In this document: positions 1-7,690 of the stretch, one piece after another
How positions within the stretch are numbered: position 1 is the first letter of the stretch
How the letters are laid out: each line of letters begins with the position of its first letter
From: a virus
Lineage: Duplodnaviria > Caudoviricetes
Virus record (IMG/VR): IMGVR_UViG_3300024325_000045
Coordinates: 1-29,349 of that record
DNA length: 29,349 bases
Direction: 5' to 3' (one strand)
Notes under the pieces: model-generated
Databases searched by the model: none
What the model saw: only the letters and a program-made list of their open reading frames with translations
Told to the model about the DNA's origin: nothing
Made by a program: the position numbers and the translations under genes

Positions 1-497
1 TCCAGCCCTGAACTGATCTCAAGCGTTTGCTGAGAGCACAAGCTGAGCGGCGCCACCTCAATCGAACTGACTACAGCGCTCCGCACTTGTGCCAGGAAGC
101 GAATCCGCAACTGCCCCTCTGAACACATAGCCAACACAGAGCGTGCAACTGGCCGCAGATAGCCGGCTTCCGCCACGAGGTCCAGCCGATCGAGCACAGT
201 TTGATTGTTGACGCTCACCGAAAACACCCGCTGCCCAATGGCTTGCACGGTTGGCTCGATGAACTGAAACGTCACTACGTACACACGCTTTGAGCATGGA
301 ATGCGGTACGTGAAATCCGCTCCGAATCGCAGCGTTGCATCGGTCGTACCAGGCGGCAGTAGCGCTTGCGGGATCAGCCAAACGGCCCCTCCGGTGAATC
401 CGGAGTCCGTGGCGCTGCCGGCGTCGATCACCTGAGCAGAGAGTAGGCTACAAAGAAAAAGCCCGCCAGCGGGGAGCCAGCGGGCGAGAGTGCTCAT
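1..497 (-). CDS. Secreted malectin-like carbohydrate-binding protein (3' end runs off the window)
   Basis: Not in the ORF track. My translation from ATG 497: MSTLARWLPAGGLFLCSLLSAQ-VIDAGS...TLRFGADFTYRIP...YVVTFQFIEPTVQAIGQRVFSVSVNNQTVLDRLDLVAEAG...GQLRIRF...AVVSSIEV. This matches the malectin pattern (RxG-F-Y-IP, F-E, GQRVF-V-VN, D+xAEAG) after a signal peptide ending in SAQ. Confidence 0.85.
   Translation of the reverse strand, partial: MSTLARWLPAGGLFLCSLLSAQVIDAGSATDSGFTGGAVWLIPQALLPPGTTDATLRFGADFTYRIPCSKRVYVVTFQFIEPTVQAIGQRVFSVSVNNQTVLDRLDLVAEAGYLRPVARSVLAMCSEGQLRIRFLAQVRSAVVSSIEVAPLSLCSQQTLEISSGL
452..485 (-). terminator. Intrinsic terminator-like hairpin
   Basis: Minus strand GCCCGCTGGC-TCCCC-GCTGGCGGGC followed by TTTTTCTTT: 10-bp stem with two G-U pairs, just downstream of the stop at 507. 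Confidence 0.75.
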
Positions 498-506
498 CGG
501 GGAAGA

Positions 507-752
507 TTATTTTCGGATCGGCTGAACTGGCGGAATCGCCGGCGGCGCCGTGGTATTGATGTCGAATTCCCTGACTCCCTTGGCCAGGCCGGCGAGTCCA
601 GCCCCCAGAGCGTCAAGCTGCGCTGCAGTAACCGGAGATCCGGCTGCGATCTGGTCCTTCAGTGTCTTGACATAAGCAGTAATGTTGGTTTCGGCTGTGC
701 CTACCGCCGCCTGTAAATCGTCAAACTGCGCATTTACTTCATCAATCGTCAT
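507..752 (-). CDS. Small helical/coiled-coil phage protein (81 aa)
   Basis: Start reassigned to ATG 752 (MTIDEVNAQF), preceded by AAGGAGAACT. Ala-rich amphipathic sequence. Confidence 0.75.
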   Translation of the reverse strand: MTIDEVNAQFDDLQAAVGTAETNITAYVKTLKDQIAAGSPVTAAQLDALGAGLAGLAKGVREFDINTTAPPAIPPVQPIRK

Positions 753-760
753 AGTTCTCC

Positions 761-1009
761 TTAGCTTGTCGTGGTTTGATTGAACTGCTCGATCTGATCC
801 TTTGACTCTCTGATGCGAGCCCCGAGCGCGTCCAACTCTTCTGGAGTGGCGCCCGATCCGGGAATCATCCCCAAGTAAGCGGCGAGCGTCTCTTGATTCA
901 ATAGCACATGGTCCAGCTTTTGATCGATGAGGGCGATCTTGCGGAGATCCTCTGAGTTGTGAAGCATCTCCCCCAACAATTCGCTGATTTGCCGCAATAG
1001 AGTCTTCAT
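761..1009 (-). CDS. Small coiled-coil phage protein (82 aa)
   Basis: Helical sequence. Preceded by TGATATAGT 9 nt before the ATG. Shares a motif with the 507..752 protein. Confidence 0.7.
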   Translation of the reverse strand: MKTLLRQISELLGEMLHNSEDLRKIALIDQKLDHVLLNQETLAAYLGMIPGSGATPEELDALGARIRESKDQIEQFNQTTTS

Positions 1010-1035
1010 ATCGAACCAACTATATCACGTTCCGG

Positions 1036-1350
1036 TTACGCGGCCTTCTTTTTCTTGCGCTGCAGTCCGCGCTTCACCAGTTCCTGCACGTATCCGGACA
1101 TCGATAGCCCCGCCGCGTCCGCCCCGGCCCGGATCTTCGGCATCAGATCGGTATCGAACAGCACCGTCATGCGATCCGTGGTAGGCCTGTCCGTTGGCCG
1201 CTTGCGGAGTCCCAGATGCCTGAGGCGGCTTTGCGTCGAGGAGAGTGTACGGCCGAGCGTCTGAGCGAGCGCCGCTGTATCCATCTCCAGGTAATTGGCC
1301 TTGAGTATTTCGTCTTCGCGCTCAGTGAACGGCGCGCCGGGCTTTGGCAT
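1036..1350 (-). CDS. DNA-binding regulator: N-terminal HTH (Myb-like) plus C-terminal ribbon-helix-helix
   Basis: FTEREDEILKANY...AALAQTLGRTLSSTQSRLRHLGL (HTH), then RMTVLFDTDLMPKIRAGADAAGLSMSGYVQELV (RHH pattern). Start set at ATG 1350, downstream of an extended -10. Confidence 0.75.
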   Translation of the reverse strand: MPKPGAPFTEREDEILKANYLEMDTAALAQTLGRTLSSTQSRLRHLGLRKRPTDRPTTDRMTVLFDTDLMPKIRAGADAAGLSMSGYVQELVKRGLQRKKKKAA

Positions 1351-1414
1351 ATTGCGCAAGTATACCACAATTACGCAATGGCGCAATACCGCAAGCGTAG
1401 TTCCAATGTATAAT
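1351..1414. promoter_or_regulatory. Divergent promoter region with operator-like repeats
   Basis: Minus: TTGCGC-16 nt-TATACT with TG extension. Plus: TATAAT at 1409-1414. TTGCGCAA palindrome at 1352-1359. CGCAA at 1374, 1382 and 1390 (8-nt period). Confidence 0.65.
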
Positions 1415-1480
1415 GAATGAGCCGAGCAGCGGTTGGACGCTGCATCGGCCCTACCTAACGCGATCTAAGGAGGATCACGA

Positions 1481-1966
1481 ATGGTCTATCAAAATAGTAC
1501 CCTATTACACAAGTTCATGAGATTCGTGCTGCCTGAGCCTAATTCAGGGTGCTGGCTCTGGACAGGAAATCTCACCTCCCAAGGTTATGGGCGTTTCGTA
1601 GTTCCACGTAAAACCGCCCGTAAGCATACTGACCGAGCTTACAGAGTTGCTTGGGAATTGCTAATTGGCCCAGTTCCTGAAGGTAAGGAACTTGACCACC
1701 TGTGCCGAGTGCGATGTTGCGTAAATCCACAACACTTGGAACCAGTCAGCCATCGAGAGAACTTGCTTCGCGGATCGGGTGCAACCGTCACCAAATTGCG
1801 CTGGGCAACCAGACGAGAAGCCATGACCCACTGTGTAAACGGCCACGAATACACTCTCGCGAACACCAGGATTGATGCCGATGGAGGATATTCTTGTCGT
1901 ACGTGCGACAGGCTAGCTATGCGGAAACACAGACTCCGCTCTTTAATTTCCACAGCAAAGACATGA
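1481..1966 (+). CDS. HNH homing endonuclease (HNH_3-like) with C-terminal Zn-binding domain
   Basis: SGCWLW, GYG, LDHLCRVRCCVNPQHLEPVSHREN, THCVNGHEY, CRTC. RBS TAAGGAGG. Confidence 0.92.
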   Translation: MVYQNSTLLHKFMRFVLPEPNSGCWLWTGNLTSQGYGRFVVPRKTARKHTDRAYRVAWELLIGPVPEGKELDHLCRVRCCVNPQHLEPVSHRENLLRGSGATVTKLRWATRREAMTHCVNGHEYTLANTRIDADGGYSCRTCDRLAMRKHRLRSLISTAKT

Positions 1967-2105
1967 GTTCCGCCCGTTCTGCTTTCGTTAATCTATCCAC
2001 CGTGCGGAGATTATCGTTATGCGTGATCTCCCGAGCCATCTGCAAGACTTCACCCGGAGAAACCGCTAGCTCTTCCACCAGCGCTTTGAATTCGTCAGGA
2101 AACAT
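1917..2105 (-). CDS. Hypothetical protein (62 aa)
   Basis: ATG 2105 (MFPDEFK) with GGAGG RBS. 3' end overlaps the convergent HNH by 50 nt. Confidence 0.65.
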   Translation of the reverse strand: MFPDEFKALVEELAVSPGEVLQMAREITHNDNLRTVDRLTKAERAELMSLLWKLKSGVCVSA

Positions 2106-2110
2106 AGTAT

Positions 2111-2156
2111 CCCTCCATTGCGCAACTTCCTGTTCGCATGATAACATGATTTCCAA
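2111..2156. promoter_or_regulatory. Overlapping divergent promoters with TTGCGCAA palindrome
   Basis: Plus: TTGCGC (2118)-18 nt-TAACAT (2142) with TG extension. Minus: TGTTATCAT at 2138-2146. Palindrome at 2118-2125. Confidence 0.55.
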
Positions 2157-2366
2157 ATGCCCGAGCGTTACAAATTCAAAGATACCGTCTACCCGAGTGG
2201 CAAGAAGAAGGGGCGTCCGCGCGGAGTGGGTCGCGATCCGTTTGAATTCACCGGGACATGGCCTCTCTCCCAAACGATGCGGCTCCAGCCCGAAGACGTT
2301 CTGTCTCGAAGTAACGAGCCGCCCTCAGTCATACGATTTGGCAGCAAGAAATCTGCGGCCCAATGA
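2157..2366 (+). CDS. Small basic protein with AT-hook-like KKKGRPRG motif
   Basis: 69 aa, downstream of a promoter-like sequence. Stop overlaps the next ATG (ATGA). Confidence 0.55.
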   Translation: MPERYKFKDTVYPSGKKKGRPRGVGRDPFEFTGTWPLSQTMRLQPEDVLSRSNEPPSVIRFGSKKSAAQ

Positions 2367-3040
2367 TGTTTCACCCATCCCTACACAAAATTCTTCTCAT
2401 CATCCAAATCCTTGCCGCTTTCGCCTACTTCGCGCTCGCGATAAGATTGCTCCGTTCCGGCCGATTTCTCTCGCTACCGTTCTTTTTCGGGTACTCCTGC
2501 CTGATGATTCTCGATTTACTGTGGCATCCCGTCACCATCCGCGAGGTGATCTGGATTGAGCCTTGGTTGCTCTGCTTACGCTTTTGCCTCGTGATCGAGG
2601 CTGCTTGCCTGATCGCAGACAAAACAGATCGCAACTGGCGCCGGTGGCTATTGCTGTTCCTGCTGTTCTTTGGAATCGTGGGCAGCACGCGCGTGGCCGG
2701 CTTCTACCCACTGACTGATTTAGCCGACTGGTATCGAACCGTCCGGCAAACAGCCCATGTAGGATTGGCTGTCATTTGCCTGTCTCTCTGGATATTTCAA
2801 GCCATGGATCAGGACATCAAATGGGATAGGATCTGGTTGCCACACTGCCGCATCGTCAGCGCCTACATGATCGCCAGAGCAGCTTTCAGTTTTGCAGTGA
2901 AACCCGGAGCCGATGTCGAGTACCACCACACCGTGCGAATCTTCGCGCTAGTGTGCTACTCGACCCTGATCGCCATTTGGCTCTGGTACGATCGCCGAGA
3001 CTTACGTGCCGCGCGAGCGGCGGCCTTCCGCAGCCTCTAA
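2363..3040 (+). CDS. Polytopic membrane protein, about 7 TM helices, unknown function
   Basis: Seven hydrophobic stretches in 225 aa, no soluble domain, basic C-terminal tail. Confidence 0.8.
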   Translation: MMFHPSLHKILLIIQILAAFAYFALAIRLLRSGRFLSLPFFFGYSCLMILDLLWHPVTIREVIWIEPWLLCLRFCLVIEAACLIADKTDRNWRRWLLLFLLFFGIVGSTRVAGFYPLTDLADWYRTVRQTAHVGLAVICLSLWIFQAMDQDIKWDRIWLPHCRIVSAYMIARAAFSFAVKPGADVEYHHTVRIFALVCYSTLIAIWLWYDRRDLRAARAAAFRSL

Positions 3041-3247
3041 CCCCTGCACCCTCTGACGTAGATCCGTGTAGTCGGCTTCGAGTTCGGTGAGGCGTTCGCC
3101 ATGCAGCCTCAGATTGATTGTGGCTCGCCTCAGTTCCTCGCTCTGGCCGTTCTTTAGCTTGCCCATCTTGTGATAAGACAGGCCGCTCAACAGGCTGGCC
3201 AGACCGGCTATTAAGTCGCTCCAACCCACCCCCGCAGGTAAGGTCAC
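3002..3247 (-). CDS. Membrane-anchored coiled-coil protein
   Basis: GTG start right after the upstream stop. Hydrophobic N-terminus (LIAGLASLLSGL), then heptad-like LTELEADYTDLRQRVQGLE. Confidence 0.6.
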   Translation of the reverse strand: MTLPAGVGWSDLIAGLASLLSGLSYHKMGKLKNGQSEELRRATINLRLHGERLTELEADYTDLRQRVQGLEAAEGRRSRGT

Positions 3248-3248
3248 A

Positions 3249-3353
3249 TTATTCCTTGGAATCCTTCTTTTTGTCCTTCTTGGGTGCGGGTGCAGGTTGC
3301 GGCGTCGATTTACCTTGATCGGGGTCCGTTTCTGGTACAGGTTCGTCTGGCAT
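3249..3353 (-). CDS. 34-aa Pro/Lys-rich peptide MPDEPVPETDPDQGKSTPQPAPAPKKDKKKDSKE
   Basis: Below the ORF-track cutoff. Strong TAGGAGG RBS and upstream TGATATCAT extended -10. Fills the intergenic gap. Confidence 0.65.
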   Translation of the reverse strand: MPDEPVPETDPDQGKSTPQPAPAPKKDKKKDSKE

Positions 3354-3391
3354 CGTGGCGTTCCTCCTAATTTCGGAATGATATCACACCT

Positions 3392-3649
3392 TTAACCGGA
3401 ATGCTCTTCCAATCCTTGAACATCCGCTTTTCCTTGAATCACCCCTTTAGCATGCTCAGCTTCCCCGGTCACCTTTACTAGCGCGTCCTTGATCGAGTTC
3501 GTATTCTTTTCCAACGTGACGATCGCCGTCTTTGCCGCGGTCACCTCTTTCTGGACTTTGACCGTATAAATCGCGACGATAAAGGTCAATACCACCCCAA
3601 AGAAAGTCAGCAGCATTTGGACGAGTTGCAGGATTCCCGGTTCAGACAT
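3392..3649 (-). CDS. Single-TM protein with coiled coil (lysis-cassette-like)
   Basis: Start at ATG 3649 (MSEPGIL), overlapping the upstream stop. One TM helix, then a helical region. Confidence 0.7.
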   Translation of the reverse strand: MSEPGILQLVQMLLTFFGVVLTFIVAIYTVKVQKEVTAAKTAIVTLEKNTNSIKDALVKVTGEAEHAKGVIQGKADVQGLEEHSG

Positions 3650-4010
3650 TCTTTTGACCCGATTCAATCGGCAATACTTGGGTCGTCTTCTCCACTGTTT
3701 TATCGATAGTGACGACCGCGCCTTTGGAATCCGTCGTGGTCTGAGAAGTCTGCGTTTTCTCAACCACGATCTTGTCCGGGAGCGGGGATTTAGACAGGTA
3801 GGCAAAGGTCTGCATCAATGCTGAGAACGCGAACACCCAGCCGATCAGCTTAAAGCTCTTGGCCGAGCCAAAGGCGAAGTCGTGCGGGTCCACGATCAGT
3901 GCTCCGAACGCAGCATAGACCGACGTCGCGCCACCAGCGATCGCGCCCTTGATGAGTCCATAGCTCCACCCATTCCAATCGAGGCCGGTCCAGAATCCCG
4001 ATAGTCTCAT
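3642..4010 (-). CDS. Putative holin (2 TM)
   Basis: Two hydrophobic segments and a hydrophilic C-terminus. Lies downstream of the tail genes. Confidence 0.55.
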   Translation of the reverse strand: MRLSGFWTGLDWNGWSYGLIKGAIAGGATSVYAAFGALIVDPHDFAFGSAKSFKLIGWVFAFSALMQTFAYLSKSPLPDKIVVEKTQTSQTTTDSKGAVVTIDKTVEKTTQVLPIESGQKNV

Positions 4011-4013
4011 TTA

Positions 4014-4178
4014 TTACGAGCCGAAGAGCGCCCTTCCCCCTTTGATCATCTCTGCCGCAACCCAGCAGGCGAGCCCGAAACAGATTAGGCGAGAGCGCCA
4101 CGGCCAAGGTTCCACATTCGGAACACCGGCCAGAACGAACAGAACAAAACCAAATACCATCAGAATTCCTGGAATCAT
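4014..4178 (-). CDS. 54-aa two-TM membrane protein (holin-like)
   Basis: Not in the track. MIPGILMVFGFVLFVLAGVPNVEPWPWRSRLICFGLACWVAAEMIKGGRALFGS, RBS AAGGAG, ends TAA TAA ATG into the next gene. Confidence 0.75.
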   Translation of the reverse strand: MIPGILMVFGFVLFVLAGVPNVEPWPWRSRLICFGLACWVAAEMIKGGRALFGS

Positions 4179-4203
4179 CGTCTTTCTCCTTCGCTAAAGT
4201 GTA

Positions 4204-4806
4204 TCAATAAAACGAGTTTCGATATCCACTGCCGCCAGATCCCCCGGCTGGCACAACCGTTACCTGATAGGTTTTGTCCGCGTTTCCGAAAACGTTCGTC
4301 GCGCGAATCACCACCGTATAAACCCCTACTCCCAACTGCGCGGCGTTAATATAAATCGACCTGCCCGCGATGCTCAATCCATCCGGATACGCTCCAAATT
4401 CATTAAGGGACCAGCCGTTAGGGTCCATTTGGACCGCTACGATCACTCCAACCGCGCCCAGCGAATTCTCGTAGAGAGCGTATTCTTGAGCATCAACGAT
4501 ATCACCCAATCCATAACTAGCATCGAATTCTCCAATCGAAATGTAGCAGTTATGAACGTCGAATCCATCCGCATTGAGCGCCTTAATTCCGAAGTTGTAC
4601 GACCCCGCAACCGTTCCCGAACCATTGAATGTCAGCACGTTTCCCGTTGTTGAAACGAGGGACATCCCCGGAGGCAACGAGCCGTACTGAACGGACCAAG
4701 TAATAGGCGTCGAGCCCGTACATACTACCGCGTCAACCGGAGTCGGAGATCCGATATACATGCCGCCGAGATTGTCTCCGGGGTTTGTGATGAGTGGGGC
4801 AGCCAT
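4204..4806 (-). CDS. Putative Ig-domain (He_PIG-like) tail/virion protein
   Basis: TGSTPITWSVQYGSLPPGMSL...GSYNFGIKALN and a second PDGLSI...GVYTVVIRATN unit. Confidence 0.75.
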   Translation of the reverse strand: MAAPLITNPGDNLGGMYIGSPTPVDAVVCTGSTPITWSVQYGSLPPGMSLVSTTGNVLTFNGSGTVAGSYNFGIKALNADGFDVHNCYISIGEFDASYGLGDIVDAQEYALYENSLGAVGVIVAVQMDPNGWSLNEFGAYPDGLSIAGRSIYINAAQLGVGVYTVVIRATNVFGNADKTYQVTVVPAGGSGGSGYRNSFY

Positions 4807-4812
4807 AAAGGT

Positions 4813-6924
4813 TTAAGGTGGCGGTAGCGCCGCGTTCGGTTTCAAGTTCAAATGCACGAGGCCATTGCTCCCCGGCCACGTTGAGCCCACCTGAACCACA
4901 TTGACAAATATCACGGCTCCATCTACATACGGGTAATTCGTCGTGACGAATTTGAACCCGCTTCGAGGCGAGGTCGTGCCATCGGGAATGACGATCTTGT
5001 TTGCGTCTCCACTCGGGAAAATGGAAGTTGCATCCGCCAATAATCCCGTAGAACTATAGAGCAAATCAATGATGAGATCGTCTCCAGTAGGTGGATTCTG
5101 GGAGAACTGCCCATCCCATCCGCCGAAAAATCCAGATCCGCGCAAACGATACGTGTCCGCTTGGACGCCTAAAGCTAGACCTGGATTCGTAAGCCCTGGA
5201 ATGTCGAGGCCCAATCCAAACGTCCCCACTGTCGGCGGGACGTTCACCCACAACCGGCCGGCTCTTATAAAATCACGCTCGAACGATTCGGAGACATCGC
5301 CCAAACCGGCCCGCAGCGTGATTGAGAATCGCCACACCTGCAGTTTCTCGAGCGTGGCTTGCATCTCCTCGACCACGTAATTACCCACCGCTGGCGGGAA
5401 GGTGCGGTTGACATCAACTACCATCCCCGGCAGTAACCATGCAGGTTGAGATTTCGAGTTGTAGGTGAATTTTACGGATTGCGGGAAGTCTCCATCGGTT
5501 CCGTAGGCGTCGAGCAGAGCTTGAGCCAGAGCCAGAGCATCGTCTTTATTCACGATGTCTTTGGCCTGAAACACACTCTCGTACAGCCCGACCGCCGCAA
5601 TCGAAGCGGTATCCTCGACACAGAATGCCCCTGGAAATGGGGACTGCGACCCGAGCGTCACGATATCCCCTGGAGACATCGCCGGAACCCCAGGCGGATC
5701 GAACCGCGAGATGGAAGGGATTCCCGCTACTCCCGTTCCGAGCCCGCTATACCAGTACCATGCGGAAACCCCATCCCACGCTCCCGGATCTTGTACGCCT
5801 TCCTCAGTCCCGTTGAGATAGACGACCGGCTTCGATGGCATCGTATGCGGCGGGTAAAACACAGTCTCTTCCGGAAGAACCACAAAAGTATCGGTGATGA
5901 CCGGATCGGACAGCACGGCGCTGGTGAGCACGCACTGATGGTTTCTGAACTTCGCGTTGTTTGTTGTGACCGAAACTTGATCCTGGTTCACGTCTCCATC
6001 GCGCAAAGTGAACGGCGCCGCGGTTCCGGTTCCCTGCTCTTTCCACTCCAGCACTTTATTATCGTCAATCCAGTAATCCCATCCCGCGTTTCCATCGCGA
6101 ATCTGGTTGAAAACTTCCCCTCCGCTCAGATAGTGGAAATACTTCTGCTCGTTAGAACCCCCGGTAGGCCCTTGCGGGATGGTCATCGACACGCCGAATT
6201 GAGCTAGCTTCTTCGACCAGACGTCTTTGACGATGCTCTGCCATTCGCTTTGATCTGGCGCATAGAGTTCCGCAATTACGACGCGATTCAGGTAACTCTG
6301 GAAACCTGTGCAGGTCACAAGCAGGCGTGTCTTGTTCGTCGGTCCCTTGATTCTCGATTCCGCGACGGTTTGCACGACACCGCCAAAGCGTTTGATCGAG
6401 TTCCAGAAAAGAGCCACTTCCTGCCCACATTGCGGTTTCGAGCCACTGGTATAAACAATCGAAAACGTCGCCGACCAGGCCGCGCTCATGCGCTTGATGA
6501 TCGTCGCCGGGGAGTTCTCATCGAACAAATACGACACGCCCCCAATCAGCAAAGTATTTCCGCTACCAACGGTGGTAACGAAGGACATCCCCGGTGTGCC
6601 AGGGAAGAGACGTAACACCGCCGGCTCAGGACTGAGAGTGATTGACCCGGTGAAGGTCATTACCGGAGTTCCCGGAGTCAGCACAAGCGCAGCAGGAGCC
6701 GGTGACAGATTGATGTTGTCATCCGGCGAGATCGATGGCGTACCGCCTGTGATGACCAGCGCAGCGGGAGCCGGTGTCAGCGTGAAAGAGCCGGAAAAGC
6801 TGAAGGAAGGAGTGCCGGGAGTCAACACCAATGCAGCTGCGGCGGGAGTCAGATTGATGTTGGAAATGCCAGAGAAAAAGAATTGCCTGGTCTTGCCAAA
6901 CATCGAGAATGGCTGCTTCGCCAC
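4813..6924 (-). CDS. Tail tip / minor tail protein with N-terminal tandem repeats
   Basis: 703 aa downstream of the tape measure. Four N-terminal repeats, hub-like central part (FGGVV, WDYWIDDNKVL, SIAAVGLYE, PGMVVDV), beta-rich C-terminus. Confidence 0.75.
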   Translation of the reverse strand: MAKQPFSMFGKTRQFFFSGISNINLTPAAAALVLTPGTPSFSFSGSFTLTPAPAALVITGGTPSISPDDNINLSPAPAALVLTPGTPVMTFTGSITLSPEPAVLRLFPGTPGMSFVTTVGSGNTLLIGGVSYLFDENSPATIIKRMSAAWSATFSIVYTSGSKPQCGQEVALFWNSIKRFGGVVQTVAESRIKGPTNKTRLLVTCTGFQSYLNRVVIAELYAPDQSEWQSIVKDVWSKKLAQFGVSMTIPQGPTGGSNEQKYFHYLSGGEVFNQIRDGNAGWDYWIDDNKVLEWKEQGTGTAAPFTLRDGDVNQDQVSVTTNNAKFRNHQCVLTSAVLSDPVITDTFVVLPEETVFYPPHTMPSKPVVYLNGTEEGVQDPGAWDGVSAWYWYSGLGTGVAGIPSISRFDPPGVPAMSPGDIVTLGSQSPFPGAFCVEDTASIAAVGLYESVFQAKDIVNKDDALALAQALLDAYGTDGDFPQSVKFTYNSKSQPAWLLPGMVVDVNRTFPPAVGNYVVEEMQATLEKLQVWRFSITLRAGLGDVSESFERDFIRAGRLWVNVPPTVGTFGLGLDIPGLTNPGLALGVQADTYRLRGSGFFGGWDGQFSQNPPTGDDLIIDLLYSSTGLLADATSIFPSGDANKIVIPDGTTSPRSGFKFVTTNYPYVDGAVIFVNVVQVGSTWPGSNGLVHLNLKPNAALPPP
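6580..6858 (-). repeat. Four ~25-aa coding repeats ([IF]xL[TS]PxxAxLx[LI]xxGTP)
   Basis: INLTPAAAALVLTPGTPSFS / FTLTPAPAALVITGGTPSIS / INLSPAPAALVLTPGTPVMT / ITLSPEPAVLRLFPGTPGMS. Confidence 0.85.
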
Positions 6925-6925
6925 C

Positions 6926-7690
6926 TTAGCTGATCTCCGCTACTTCGTCGGGATGGAGCACACGATTCCACACGTACACGACATCCGTTATGGAGTCGCA
7001 GGTTGCGCTCAGATCCGACCCATGGACATTGACACAAAAGATTGGAATTGTTGAATACGTGATATCCCCCGCAGTTGTATCCGAACCGAGCAGTTGGCCA
7101 TTCTTGTAAAACTTGGATGATCCTGAAATTCGAGACAAGCACACGGAGAACGGCACGTCATTAGAAACCACCCCCGTAAACGTCGTGAACGTGTTCGATG
7201 GGCTGTTGTAGCTGAAGTATAGCCCGGTCGCATCCGCCGCCGGCCGGCCGATCGCGTAACTGATAAACGGCGATGAATTCGCTCCATCGTAGAACATGCC
7301 GGCCAAGGCTGGATTGTTGGAACGGTTTCCGTTGCTCCGAACCACGCCGCGCCAGAAGATTGTTACTGCGACAGGTCGCAGTGCCATCGAGCAGGCCGGC
7401 TGTGTACCAGCCGCCCCGCTCACTCCGTTGACCTGATCTCCAATGTAACCGCCCGAGCGTGAGCCTGAATTAGGCCCAACTAGCCCGAGCCCATAGGGTC
7501 CGGCTCCGAAATAAGAATCCCCGATCAGGTGCATCCTGTCGTTCAGAACTGAAGGATTGTATTGCCCGATTGCCGAATACGCAAACCTCCCGCCTCCTTC
7601 GTTAAACAACCACGCCCCGACCAGCCCGCGGCTGATCGGGTGCGATCTGTTCAACAAAGTTCCAGCGGAAGGTTTAGAGAATCCGCTCAT
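6926..7690 (-). CDS. LamG/concanavalin-like lectin domain tail protein
   Basis: HPISRGLVGAWLFNEGGG, KFYKNGQL, ITDVVYVWNRVLHPDEV are typical of LamG-fold phage proteins. Confidence 0.8.
   Translation of the reverse strand: MSGFSKPSAGTLLNRSHPISRGLVGAWLFNEGGGRFAYSAIGQYNPSVLNDRMHLIGDSYFGAGPYGLGLVGPNSGSRSGGYIGDQVNGVSGAAGTQPACSMALRPVAVTIFWRGVVRSNGNRSNNPALAGMFYDGANSSPFISYAIGRPAADATGLYFSYNSPSNTFTTFTGVVSNDVPFSVCLSRISGSSKFYKNGQLLGSDTTAGDITYSTIPIFCVNVHGSDLSATCDSITDVVYVWNRVLHPDEVAEIS

Noticed and set aside
58-381. 107-aa ORF in the track
   Set aside because: Alternative frame of the malectin-like gene, which has the recognisable motifs.
1639-1953. Antisense ORF across the first HNH as another bridging frame
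   Set aside because: It stops midway through the HNH and is not coupled to any downstream gene.
2363-3040. Microbial rhodopsin (7 TM)
   Set aside because: No retinal-binding Lys (DxxxK) in the last helix.
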